Assembly: GCA_039545335.1 (NCBI GenBank)
Contig: BCIN01000001.1
Coordinates: 62,001 to 126,000 of the forward strand
Direction: 5' to 3'
Length of the DNA: 64,000 nucleotides
From: Kondoa subrosea
Taxonomy: Eukaryota
Made by a program: the position numbers and the translations under genes
In this document: positions 12,311 through 25,645 of the stretch, in pieces
Numbering within the stretch: position 1 is the stretch's first letter
Layout of the letters: each line of letters begins with the position of its first letter
The notes under the pieces: model-generated
The model's input: the letters and a program-made list of their open reading frames with translations, nothing else
Database searches by the model: none
What the model was told of the DNA's origin: nothing

Positions 12311-12992
12311 TTGCACTGAGTCGATGTAATATGATGATGAATCAGTGCGACGCCGTGGGATCGCTCGTCAAGGCAGTACGGTCAGTCAGTCGCAATGATG
12401 GTCTATGTAATACAGCGCTGATAGGCGCTTTTCAAGTTTAGAAGCAATTCATACGGCATTCAATGAGACTGGCACTTCGACTATCGCTTGCTCCGTGCTG
12501 AAAGTCTGTTGTACTGCCTGTACTCTCTTTACTCTGATCTGGTGACAATCTCTCAAGAAGCAATGATCGAATTGGAAGCCGTCTTCGAATGTCTATGATG
12601 ATATGAGGTGAAGTAATGCCGTTATCAGCGCGTTGAAGCTATCTGTCCACACTGGTGCATTTCTATCTCTTGGTCGTACTTATCCTAGATACCTATCCTG
12701 TTTGAATGGGCGATGAAGATGCTCTGATCTATCATTCTGTTCGATTTCTTTCTATCTTTGCGTTCCCCAAATCCAAAGTTAGCTATATCCAGTACATCTT
12801 CATCCTGAGCTATCTACGTTACGAAGTATATACGTGCCGAGATTTGCCGAGTTTCATCACCCTTTGTATACATTGCCCTGTTGCTAAATCTCTTCTGTCA
12901 AATACTCTTCTTCCTTCTTTAATTCTTCCCATAACTTCATCTCTTGCCTCCTACCTGCTTCTTCACCCAATTATAACAAATATCAGTCCATC

Positions 12993-14795
12993 ATGTCTGC
13001 TCCTAAGAAGACTCCCCCCCCTTTAGCTGGCGGCAAACGCGAGCTACCTAAATCAGCGAGTCCTTCTCCACCAAGGAATGCTCCTCCTATTCGCCCAGCT
13101 CTTCTTGGTTCAACAGCTCAGCATCCTACAGTTCTTCAGTCATCAGTCAGCGTTACTCCTCATACGCCTTCTAATCACTCTGGCCCGGACGGTGCTTCGA
13201 CTCATCCTACCCAAGGCCAGCAACAGGTCTCGACTAATCCGGGAGCTGCATCTGCTCCAGGTTTTGTACGTGCACGCTGCGAGTTGATATTTTCTTACTG
13301 AGATCATGACTTGCCTACAAAAAGACTTCGACAGGTTTCAATGCCATTAATAAACTTCGTGGAACCTCATCATATACTTCGCCGGGTTTCAATGCTATCA
13401 ATAATCCTCGCAAAGAGATCTCATCTGGTACAATCGCTCAGCATAACCTACCTCATGTAGATTTCAATATAGCCCATGTAGCCAACAGGGATTCCGCTTC
13501 CATTCATCAAGGCGATGCGCCGGTACAATCTGATCATGGACATTCTGGAGGTCCACAAATCGAGTCGAGCAAATCTGGCAGTCAGCGTCCAGTACGGACA
13601 TACTATCAGCTGAATATCACTTGCTGATCCTCCTTGTGCGATTCAGCCTGAAGGCAGTCATTTGAGTGTTGCTCGTCAAATTGCATCGCACCTGTCTTCA
13701 TATGGCGACCAACCACATGTGCGTCTTTCATCAAAGCTGATACAAATTTACCTTAAATCTGGATGGTACAGCCAATCCTGAAGCATCGTGATCAAGTGAT
13801 CAAAACTGTCCTCGGTACTAAAGACGATGTGAGCATATCTCAGACGCATATGGATCAGCGCACTGAACGGAATTATTAGCCTGATGGACAGAAAAGCTTT
13901 GCTGGAAATAGAAAGTCGCAGAAGTGGCAGGAGCTGAAATGCATGTATTCCGCATGTCGTACTCATTTCAAAACATCAGATGGCGTAAGCACCCTTGATG
14001 TCGGGCGTCCTGAAGTGTCAAAGCGAATTATTGCTTTAACAAGGTATGGCGACACGTTGAGGTACATCATGCAGAGAAATTTGTTGAAGATGCAACAAAA
14101 GTAAGTGCAATCTGAGATCAGCTGATCGACCGTTGCTAATCTTGATCAAGCATATTTCTGACGATACCGCGAGAACCGCAGAGCAAGCCAAGGTGCGAAT
14201 CGCGCTTGCAGAAAGTGTAGCTGCAGAAGAGATAGCAAGGAAGAAGGTGAGCGCAGTCGCAAAACCTCTAGCCCGAAGGCTCTGGTACTAATCCGCCTTC
14301 GATTTAGGCGGCGGCAGATAACACACGTGTGAAGGTAATGTTTACGCAGTGCTAGCGAAACTGTTCTGAAAACTCTACAGAGAGAAGCGGCTAGAGCTGC
14401 TGGCAGAACTACTGACTGTCAAGTTGCTAACTGCAACAAGAAATTCCGTCGAGTTGACTTAGTTAGCTTACACTTTCTGCATATCGGTGCTGATCGGTTA
14501 CTGATGTCGAAATAGCTCAAACCTCACATGCGTAGAATGCATATCGAAGAGTATGTCCGAACATATCAACCATGGGTAAATCAGGCCAATGCAATTTGTC
14601 TCCGTCTGATGCAATGCAGGCTAAGACACCAGCCGAAATATCCAAGGCGATGCAAGAAGCGAAGAACCAGAATGAAGGAGAGAAGGCGGAGATACAGAAA
14701 GTCGGTTCTCTTACTCGAAGTGTTGGTTCTGTCATACTGACGCATTTCTTTCGCAGGCCTATCAGGCAAGACGCTCAAACGCTCAAGGTCCCTAA
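12993..14795 (+). CDS. C2H2 zinc-finger protein with two widely spaced fingers (11 introns)
   Basis: Spliced fingers CMYSACRTHFKTSDG|VWRHVEVHH and CQVANCNKKFRRVDL|LKPHMRRMH; Pro/Ser-rich N-terminus; 3' end slightly uncertain. Confidence 0.7.
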
Positions 14796-15265
14796 GCTCA
14801 TTTGTCAGTCATGCGCTCAGCATTCAGCTGAGCTGACTATATAGAGATCAGAATCAAGACTTCGTATGATTACTTGCTTTTCAATTCCTGCCTGTATTTA
14901 GTCTCTTTCGTTTCGTATTCTTCAATATCTTAGTTTATCATTCCATACTACTTTGGCCTTGAGGTTACATCGGTCTACAACCTTCTACTAGATATCGACT
15001 TAGATGATTTTCAAGCGAAAGTCGCCCCTGTAGTGCGCGTATACTGCTTGATCGACGTCTGGACACGGACCACGGTAGCAGTAAGCACACGATAATCCAG
15101 GTGGTTCGGTATCGCACGTAAACGCTCGCCATGAGTACATTTTAACGAGGAAACCAATCTAGTCGCGATTTGATTTGTATTGTTCACTGCTAACGGTTCA
15201 CGCATATCTATGAGCCGCTTCCAAGAATGCGCTTCAATAATACGCACCTGCTGCTTGGTGTCATA

Positions 15266-16651
15266 TCAAGGCATCAAGTACACCGTCCTCTGCCCGATCT
15301 GTCTCAACCAAACTCTCCAAAAACTTCCTCTCATTCCTTTGAACATCACATCCATTACTCTCTTGATCAAACCAGTCAGAAGGTGTTGTATAGCAGCGAA
15401 CCATTCACTTCTCCCAACCAGCAAAAGACTCAAGCCAAACAAGGCTCTTCGAAATCGATCTCGTTTAGACCAATGGATCTCCTCTTTCGGCACGACAGGA
15501 GTAGAAGTAGATTGTAAGTGATTAACTAAGGATAAGAGAACTTTGATGAGGAATCGTTTGTAAGTTGGTAAACGTAGATCAACACTTTGATTCGTTGGTA
15601 CAGGAAGGGAAAGAGGTTTTTCAGCTGATATGATTGGTTCAATCCGAGCTAAGAGTTGTAACTGGGCCGAAGAAGTATTTCGAGATGGGTTGCGAGAAGG
15701 TAAAGCTGAATGGAACTCGTCATATTCATCTTCTTCACCATCTTCCGATTGTAAGTCTGAGATTGATGGTGAAGCTGATTCGACTGTAATGTATGGATCT
15801 AGCTGTCCTCCATATTCTGATAAAAGGTTCTCGAGAGGGAAGAAGGAAGGAAGAGGTGCTTTGGCAGATGGGAAGATGATCCGGTCTAACGCTGCTTGAG
15901 GTAGCACCGACTTGACGATTGTCCAGAGACCAGAGTAAAGCCATGTGTAATTGAGTATGAAGACTATATTCAGGATCAGCCGTAAAGCAGAGACGAAAAG
16001 TAAGTAAAGCTTACTGCTTGCTATCGATCCAGGGTCTACCATAATGTCAGAACTAGCTGAATACAGGGAAAGAACAGCTCACAGTGAGACTTGAGTAGGT
16101 CTACAAAGAAGGGCGCAATGTCCAAGGGCTGCAAGCATGAAATCAGTATGCAAGCCTTGAATAGAGTACAAGAGACTAACCAGATTTCTTACTCCTGCAT
16201 CTTGCAGATCCACCATCAAAGCGAACTGAGTTATACCTTGCTGCTCTTTATTCCTTCTAGCCATAGATAATCTCATTTCCTCTAATCCAGCAACTACTTG
16301 CATCTTCAAGTCTTCCACATTCCCTTGACATTTTGCAAGTCTAATCAACAGCACAGGTCTACCAAAAACATCCCTCATCCGATCATGTGTTACGAGCAAT
16401 CCGCTATCCGATAAACCAAGCGAAGCAACTTGAAGCGTTTCCCTCCATTGCAAAGTCTTAGTCAGAACAGCTAAAGTAGATTCATGGTCGAATTTATATT
16501 TCCTGGCATATCTGAACAGGGTGCCTTCGTCCAGGAAGTCCTCGTCGGAATATGGTAAGCGGAGTGCAGATTCTCGGAGTTCAGCTAAGGAATCTATATG
16601 GTCGTGGTAGAGTTGGAGAATGAGGTCGTGACGTGCTGTGAGGCTGTCCAT
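15266..16651 (-). CDS. CRAL-TRIO (Sec14-like) lipid-binding protein
   Basis: DEGTLFRYARKYKF...LTKTLQWRE, DVFGRPVLLIRL, QFALMVDLQDAG, FILNYTWLYSGLWTIVKSVLPQAALDRIIF; hydrophobic C-terminal segment. Confidence 0.85.
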
Positions 16652-17449
16652 TGTTGGCTGTCAAGAGCAACAGAAACCAAATCTGGAGAAAGTCCCAAGT
16701 CGCGCTCGCGTTTTTCACGTGCATCAGCTATTCTGGTCTACAGCTTAGATAGTATGCTTTATCACCAAGTCTTACTGCCCACAGCTTGCGTCTCATTGTC
16801 TTCTTCTCGAAGAGCGCATCCGAGATTGATCTGAGTTGCTCTTCGCAAGTGTTCTGAAGCCGAAATCTGTAGAAGTGAGGACCTTTATGGTGCGAAGAGG
16901 CTGCGAGAAGTCGAGACAGATGGAGCACATGTGTACGGCGACGCAAACAAGAGCTGAAGCCAGATTTAAAGGAACATCATGGACTGAACAGAGTTATCAC
17001 GAACAATCGTTCAACCTCACGCTAGGAGTGGAAGGAAGAGAGATTTGGAGAGATGCGAATATAGACAAGGAGCGTAAAAGAAGAGGAAAGGGATGACAAA
17101 ATTAGAAGAACTTAGGATACAGAACAGCTGTCCGACCTAAAATCATTCTCTGCTGACGCAAACTAGCCATTAAGACATGTAGATCTCTTCCGAATGTATT
17201 TGGGATTACAGAGCAGCAGAAAACAGCCTATTATTCTGGAAGTTGTGGCGTGGCTGCGCTGAGACAAACTTCCGCCTGCATTTCAATTCCATTGACGTCG
17301 ATCCTCTATTGTGTCGTTCGCTTGGCAACTGCTAGCAATCCTATATACAGATTAGTCACTCGTTGAGCAAGCTGCGAAACAGCGAGAAACAACAGCGAGT
17401 TCTTGGTTGAAAGTCAAGCCTTCTCTTTGCATCAAACTTCCAACAAACA

Positions 17450-20049
17450 ATGGTCAAATCAGCGCCTGATTCAAGGTTGCTAGAGTCACTCATCAAGCAA
17501 GAATCTAAACAGTCAGATTCGTAAGCTTACATTCATTGCCCTTCTTGACTGATCTAAACTCATGTTTTCACTCGGAAATGTGCAGATTCAAAGCATGGAC
17601 TGATGACGCTTCTGCTGCTGCTACAAGTCTCAATGCATGGGCTGTAGCGGATTCAAGTGATATACCTGATCTAATGGTATGTCCAAAGCCTCACTTTAAA
17701 GAATCCTGACACTCATGATGAGGTGATGCAGGAAATATCAATGCGAGTGTCTGCTCTTCTCACTGAATGTTCCGACTCCCAACGTACCTATCTACAAGCC
17801 CTTTCTTCCTATCGTGCTTCACTCAAAGATGTACTCGAAAGAGAAAAAGAAGTCCGGACCATTTTAAGAGACCGAGAAATCTTGGTCACTCGAGTATTGA
17901 GGCTTTCAACTAAAAGACCTGGCAATTCAGATAAAGCTGCTGAATCTTACAATATCAAGATTGATGAAGCTTCAAAAGAATTGGGTGCTTGTGAAGCTGC
18001 ATTGAAAGCGGAAGAAATGGCTTTGGCTGGTGTCAAACTCCGGATCTTCAAGGAAGCACTAGGAATGAGATTGAGGAGTCAAAGTGATATGGGTCTGTTA
18101 TGGCATGAAACGGCAAACGAAGCGATTGGGTTGTTGGATAGGTTGAGACCTGATGCGATTCCGGATCATATCGACTTCACACCAAACTTCTCTGAAGATC
18201 ATGACGCGCCTTTCGGTGGATCACCTCGACTTGGTTCAACAGCTGAGAATAGTCCAATTCCTCAACAAGATGGTCAAGAAGATGCTGGCGATAGTTCTTC
18301 GATCGAAGAAGATCGAAGACCTACCATTGCTCATGTTCGAGGTGCCTCTGAACCTCTACAATCCTCTCGTTCTCCTCGTGGCTCTTTCTCTTCACCTGCT
18401 AGACCCACAAAACCTGCCAATACTTCAGCCTCGCCTTTCCCTCCTTCTGCTTCTGGTCGAAGGACAACTACAGTACCTGAAGAAACAGTATTAGATACTT
18501 CTGATGAGGAAGCGGAGATGAAGAAACGTTTCAGTCAACGAAATCAAAGACAAGCTGTTTCTGAATCTGGATACTCCGAATCCAATGCAGGTGGGAAAGA
18601 AAAGAAAAGTGGTGGCTTCTTTGGTGGATTCGCTGGTTTGTTCCGATCTAGAAAGATGGGCGAGAATGGAACACCTCCGTCTTCACCTAGGAAATCGAAA
18701 GAAAGTAGATGGTCTACTCGAACGGATTCGAATTTGCATGTCATTACTGAACAAAACGCGAAAGCCGAAAAGTATGAACGGCAACAAGCTGCTTTGAATG
18801 CCAAGCAGCCATCTACAAGAAGAAGAAGGGGATCTGATTCTTCAGATGAAAGACCTCGCAATTTAGTCAAAGTAGTCAACAATACTCCTCCTCTTTGGCA
18901 GAATCTAGGTATTGCTCCACCTGATCAATCAACAGTAAAGACAAAGAAACGTTCTGGCTCTTTCAGTACTGCTCCTTCTTCCATGCCTTTGAATGTTCCG
19001 CACTACCCACAAAAAGCAATGTCTGATCCAGGTGATTTCAATGCACCTATGAAACCTAGGAAAGTCAAGAAGTCCACGTCTTCTACTGCTGACCGACCAA
19101 CACGTCTCACCCGTGCCAACTCTTCTGCTTCCAATGCAAACAGAAGAAGTGTAGCTTCGATGGACCAATGGATTGTTCCACCTAAACAATCCACCAAATA
19201 TACACCCAGCTTAATGAGTGTAGTCTCGACAGATGTCACACCTATGGCTAGCAGAAGTTATGGAAACAACCTAGGCGCTGCAGGTGGAACGATCAAGAAG
19301 AAGAAATCGACCAAAGCTACTTCTACACCTGGTTTAGCTGCACCTAAGAGTGCAATGAAACAAACCTCTCGTCCTGCTTCTGTGATCTCTGAAGTAGGAA
19401 GCATGACTACTTTATCTCTACCTTCTGCTTCTGCATATCAAGCACCCAATCCAGATGCATTGACAGTATTGGAACTACCGTCTGCAGCTGCATCAAGATC
19501 AAATGCCATGACGAGGACGGAAAGAGCTTTGTCTACTTTAACATTACCTACTGCACCACCTCCAGTTTCCTCTATGTCGTTATTATCCGCACCTGAACCT
19601 CAACAGATGGCTAGAGCTCCTTCACCTATCGCTATGCCCCAACCAGTCAGAAATGGAATCTTACATTCTCCTTCTACTCCTAGATCAAGATCACCTGTTA
19701 ATGGTATGCCTGCCGGAGGGACTGCAGAAAGAAGGAAGAGCGTTAGAATAGCTGGTGATGAACCTATTGATCGAAGTTTCATGAATGGTTATTCTAATGG
19801 TGGAGGAGGAGATGTGTTTGAAAAGAGTGAGAAAGCAAAAGGAAAAGAAAGAAGCAGAGATGATGAGTATGATAACAATGCTGGAACTGGATCTGGTTGG
19901 GTCACTAGGATTGGTCAACAGGATGATAGTGATGATGATGGAGTGACTGAAATGTCTGAGTATGCCAAGGTATGTGATGCTTAAGTCTTTACTCAGTCAA
20001 AGCTGACTGTTTCTCGCAGGCAAGACGCGCTATGCAGAAGACTCGATGA
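17450..20049 (+). CDS. Pil1/Lsp1-like N-terminal coiled-coil (BAR) protein with long disordered tail
   Basis: MVKSAPDSRLLESLIKQES...SLNAWA...YRASLKDVLEREKEVRTILRDREILVTR...ELGACEAALKAEE; 753-aa central ORF. Confidence 0.6.
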
Positions 20050-20424
20050 GTGTGGTATAGACCTAATGATGATTCTGGGAAGAAGTGAAATGGACAAGTT
20101 TGGATATCGCAATAAGTACGGTGAAGATAAGTTTTGAAATTTAGTTGCAACTGTGTGCAAATGGGTCTACATAGCTTGTTGTATCAATCGTAATGCTAGT
20201 ACTATCTATCCATCCATTAGTATTGACTTTGAATTGCTTTGACCCTTGCACCCTTGGTGCATTTCTCACGAGTTTGGACCTCCATATTCTCTTCCTTCAG
20301 CGACCTGTCTGCTCGTCTCTTTCCGTGCGTTGATATAGATCGACCTATCGTACTCTATCGAATTTAGGTTCGCGTTGTTAGCACAGTCTCTTTCGTCCCA
20401 TCTCGCATTACATATCTCGCGACA

Positions 20425-22006
20425 ATGGCTACAAATTCTATTGGAATCCTCAATTTGCCTAATCAACGGCACAAGATAGGTCAGTAAGACTTGTGCTGCT
20501 CCTTGCGGAGCTACATTCTCAGGCTCTCGTGACAGTCGCCAAACGCGGAGGTCATTTCACTTTGATGGTCTGTGGTGAATCAGGTGTAGGCAAGGTAGGC
20601 TTCTGTGCTCTCTCACTTTGATTCGAAGTAGTGAGTGACAGTATCCTACAGTCCACCTTGATCAACACGCTTTTCGCTACGGAACTGGCAATGGCCAAAG
20701 ATCATTCTCGACGACACGCTAAACAGATAGACAAGACTACAGAGATCGATATCATCAAAGCTGAATTAGAAGAGAAAGCTTTCAAAGTGAAACTGACCGT
20801 CATTGATACTCCTGGCTTTGGCGATTATGTCAACAACAAGGATTCTTGGAACCCTATTATTGATTTCATTGACGATCAGCACGAATCTTACATGAGACAA
20901 GAACAGCAACCGGACAGAGGTCATAAACTTGATCAAAGAGTTCATGCTTGTCTATACTTTATTCGCCCAACTGGTCATGGGTGCGTTTGGTTTCTCTGCA
21001 ATTCAGTCTGGCTGATTTGTGAAATCCACACGCACAGCCTCAAGCCTCTTGATATCGAAATCATGAAACGTCTAGGCACTCGAGTCAACCTGATTCCAGT
21101 AATTGCCAAAGCCGACACTTTGACTGGTCAAGATCTAGCTATGTTCAAGCAAAGGGTTCGGTCTAGGTGATGGTCATTAGTATTTACTAATCCAGAATCC
21201 TTCGGCTGAACAGATTCGTCAAACTATCGCTGCTCAATCTATTCGTGTCTACTCGCCCTCTGACGAGAATGATGATGATCAATCAGCAGAACATGCAAGA
21301 CAACTGATGGTGAGAGGAAAGGCTGATTCTGCAAGGAAAATGCTGAAGAGTTGTCCATTCGCTCACAGGGTGCCATGCCTTTCTCTATCATTGGTAGCAT
21401 TGACGATGTTCGCTGCCCTGATGGAAGAGTCGTCAAAGGTCGTGAATACTTATGGGGTGTAGCAGAAGGTACGTTTCAGTCTCCTCGAGTCAATTTGTGA
21501 CTCGACTGAGCTGCAACGTACAGTCGAAAACGAAGAGCACTGCGATTTCCGAAAACTTCGCTCACTCCTCATTCGCACACATATGCTCGACCTGATCACC
21601 ACTACTGAAGAAGTACAATATGAAACTTACCGTCAGCAGCAAATGGAAACTCGAAAGCATGGTGAACCCAAAGTGAAGAAGATGGATAACCCTAAATTCA
21701 AAGAAGAGGAAGAGATGCTCAGAAAGAGATTCACTGAACAGGTGAAAGCTGAAGAAGCTAGATTCAGGCAATGGGAACAGCATCTGATTGCTGAGCGGGA
21801 TCGATTGAACAAGGTGCGTCAAATTACGCATGTTACAGACTATTGTTGACACTGCTTCGTAGGATCTCGAAGTGGCTCATTCGTGCGTTATTGTGGACTA
21901 TTGCCTGAAGCTCGCTCATGTAGTCGGGGTCTTTACGCACAGTTCAATCAAATCATTGGAATCAGAATTGGATCAATTGCAAGGTGGTGCATACAGCGGA
22001 AGGTAA
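20425..22006 (+). CDS. CDC12: Septin, Cdc12/AspC group
   Basis: [66 protein letters not shown]-terminal [21 protein letters not shown]. Confidence 0.93.
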
Positions 22007-22365
22007 GCCTTACGTCTTTTGTCGCAAACTGTATTGCTTCTGATTGCTTGAGACGCTAGCACTGCCGGTCGCAATTCACGACGTTAAAAGAGAAAGATAT
22101 ATACCTTTTTGTGCTGGGCGATATATTTTGGAACAGAACAGTATACCTATCATTAAAGTTGCTCTAGGGGAGAAGAGGTTTGCTAATACGAGAAATTCAT
22201 ATCACTTTGCGAAACACGGAGGATCCAGCAGGTGTCTTTCATTCTTTTTGATCTCAAGTCAATCGCGGCGTCAAACATATAAGCATGCGACCGCCTTCTT
22301 GCGACATAATCCTCTATAGTACAGTATGATCTCGCCCGACTTCCAGTAGTAGCGCATGCAGCCCT

Positions 22366-23741
22366 CTACACTCGCGGTTTCTTTTTCTTCTTCGCTGACT
22401 TGCTGCACTGCTCCTTGTGCTGAAAAGGGATTAAAAAGGTACATGAAGTAACTTCAAGGGCTTACACTCTCTTTCCAGTCTACTCGTATCAGATTAGCTC
22501 TATCAAAGCAGCATGAACGAGTCAGCATACCTTTAGCCTGACAAGCTCTCGAGCAATAGAAGGCCACTAATGTGTCAGTTTCAGCTATATCGGAGTATAG
22601 AAGTACAAGAATGCTCACAATGACATAAAGAGCAAGCAGAAAACAGACTTTTGTCTTTGTCTCCGTCACCAAGCTTGGTTTTGCCGCACGACATACAAAA
22701 CTGAATGGCCTGATCTTTGGGTCGCATCTTATTTCCTAATGTCCGATTGTACTCCTTGTACTCGATGCATCGCTTCTCCGCCGATGAGTATGCGTCCAGT
22801 AAATCCATGTAATCCGTGCCCTCGCATACTTCTCTATATCCTGCGACCGACCCAAAAGTCATAATTTCGCGCACCACATTATCCCATCCAAGTTTGACTT
22901 TCGATATTTCGACATATTCGAGTAGAATCTTCTGAGTTTCTTCTTTTGATACGTCAACTTTAGCGTGAAAGTCGGTAAAAATGGATGGGAAACGAGTCAT
23001 ACAGGCAAAGAGGGTATTCCAAAGTGAAAAGATGCGACCTTCTGTTGTATTGAGTAACCAGCGATAATTGTGTTTACCAAAGTTGCGAATCATAAGTATA
23101 GTGCGCTGCATGTCGCGTATAAGCAGAGTAAACGATCTTGTAACCAAACTTGAAACCAGATCGTGCTCTGCGCCTTGCAGGTACGAGCTTCCTCTCATTA
23201 TTGACTCTACAAAGTCGCACATTTGAGAAAGAGCCTTGCCACGTTCCATGTTGGCCGGTTGACTCATTTCGTTCGCCATATATAAGAAGAAGTTGCGTGG
23301 AGTGCCTGGGTTGGCAAGAGTGGGAAGTAGATAATCAATTGACTCGAGAAGCAGTTTTATAGCTGTCGAGTCCGCCAAGAACAGCCGTGCTTTGTAATTA
23401 GACAGAAGGACGTCCACTGGCTCGTAGGGTAACACATCGATTTCAATTTTTCTCAGAGCATCATCTGGATCGTACTGGTCTGCCAAGTAGAGCGTGCGTG
23501 CTGTGTCAACCTGACTGATGTCTTCTTCGAAAAGTTTGCAAGCTGCCTTCACGCAGCATTTCGCCTTGGAAAGCCAAATAAGGGCTTCTTCGGTAGTTGA
23601 TGCGTCGAGAAAAGCCTGTAGCTGTGCTGTACATTCACGGAACTCTTCTGTTGAAGACGGACGTGCTAGTCTATGGTCTTCCGTCATTGGGCGACTCTTC
23701 TCTAGGGCGGTTAGCACCTTATGAGCGGTAGCTGCATCCAT
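22366..23741 (-). CDS. MYND zinc-finger protein, paralog A
   Basis: CMSC...FSACSLCH|xAFYCSRACQAK|DWKES|HKEQC; helical N-terminal region. Confidence 0.8.
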
Positions 23742-24053
23742 CGGATAAGTTGTCGACTTAAAGCAACGCCTGTACCAATCTGGCGTCCAGAACAGCGGCA
23801 AGGGCTGAATAAGAGCTTGCAGTGGCCGTAGAGAGCAGCAGCTGTACGAGGAAACGTGATTCATGCAAATGCAAATGTGTAATGAACAGAAGTTGTCTTC
23901 GGGCGTGTCGAAAGCCTTTCGTGCGGGTGCGATGTGCGCTCGCAATAGTGCGCATCATTGTCTGGGTATCGATACACTTCGTCCAATCGTGCAAACTATC
24001 GTCGTTCGAACTTCGCGGTACAAAACCAATGTTTTCAATTTCGCAACACTGCT

Positions 24054-25380
24054 CTACTTCCCCTTCTTCTCCTTGGTCGCTTTACTGCATTTCGCCTTGT
24101 GCTACCAACGCAGCTCAATTGAGATTCAGCAAAGAAAGAAAGATTAGACTTACATTTTCTTTCCAGTCTATCATAAAGATGTCAGCTGTGATACGGAAAC
24201 AAGAATAATCACGCTTACGCTTTGTCTGACATTCTCTAGAGCAGTAAAAGGCAACTATTAAAACAATATGAACATAGACCAAAAAGGCGAGCTTGGAAAA
24301 CGACTTACGTTTGCAGAACCCACAAGCTGAAAACATAGCTTCCCCTGTCTCATCTAAGCCTAATTTCCCGCATGCCATACACCAATGCACGTCATTTCCA
24401 CGATGACGGACTCTATGACCCGCTCGTCTGATAATACCCTTCATTTGTGTAATGCGTTGTTCGGGACTTGAAAGGCGCGGCAGAGACTCTCCTGTTACTT
24501 CATGATAACCCAGAACAGCTGCAAGTTCTTCACAACGGGCTACTACGTTATTCCAGCCTGGTTTGGTACGAGAGACCGTCTTGTAGTCCATAAAGAGTTT
24601 TCGAATTTCTTGACCCGGGACATCTGTGGCGTCTTCTAATTGATTACAGACAGAAGGGTAGCGAGTTAGACAAGAGAAAATAGTGGTTAAGCTGGAGAAG
24701 ATAGAGAATTCGTGAACGTTGAGGAAGAGCCGATAATTTCGATCGCTAATTTGTTGAGCCAGAGCGAGTGTGTTTTGCATTCGGCGAATAACAAGACCCA
24801 ATGCTCTTGAGGTGAATGTCAGTACAAGAGAAGAATTGGCTCCTTTGAGCAGTTGTGACCCGTTCATGATGGAATCGAGTGTTTTGGCGATAGAATCGAT
24901 CGCTTGCATTGTGCTCAATCGCTCAGGTGCACCCTGGAGCATAAACATTTCGGCAAGAGAAGAAGGAGCTTTAAAGGTCTTTGCTGCGGCGAGAAGTTTA
25001 TCAGCTTGCTTCAGCAAGGCTGCCGTAGCATTCGAATCGGCTAAGAATGTGCGAGCCTTGAGATAGAGCATGATGTGATGATGACCGTTGAAGGGATAGA
25101 AATCTACTTGCATTCGTTCTTGAATAGGCGGGATCCTCATAGCACCATCCATGTAGTACCCTTCGCCAGCTTTGCCAGGTCTATCGTTCTGCAACTCGAC
25201 AGTTGCTTTGGTCACACATTGTTGCGCTGTCTTGACCCAGCCCAGTCTGTCCTGGCTTGAGGCTTCCTGAATGATCTTAAGCAAGGTTTGCCGATTACGT
25301 TCTACGTCTGCATCGGTGTTTTCATAACTGAGCTTGAAATCTTCTGTCATGTATTGCGGCCTTTGCTGAGGACGCGACAT
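24054..25380 (-). CDS. MYND zinc-finger protein, paralog B
   Basis: CMAC...FSACGFCK|xAFYCSRECQTK|HWKEN|HKAKC; alignable to paralog A (KARxFLADSxA, LLIRxMQxT, NYRxxLN, TRxPS, KxGWxNVV). Confidence 0.8.
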
Positions 25381-25645
25381 GAAGAGCTAGCTGATGGTGG
25401 TTGTGCACGGGAAGAGAGCAAAGAGCCTGCAGCAGCAAGAGCAGAAGCCGCTTTCTGGCCATTGAACAGATCCTCGAGGCATTCAAGAATCCAAATATAG
25501 AGATCTGATCTGAGTCGCAAGCACCGCAGAGAGCCCAACGAATGACTTGTGAGCGTTCATAAAGCTCGTAGCGCCGTCACGAGTCAGTATCAATGGGAAT
25601 CGCTTGTCGTGGTTGAGACCAAGGTACTTCAGAAGCAGCCAAAAG

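Noticed and set aside
12325..12425. ATGATGA...CTGA possible C/D snoRNA
   Set aside because: No terminal stem or recognisable rRNA guide; lies in the LAS1 3' region
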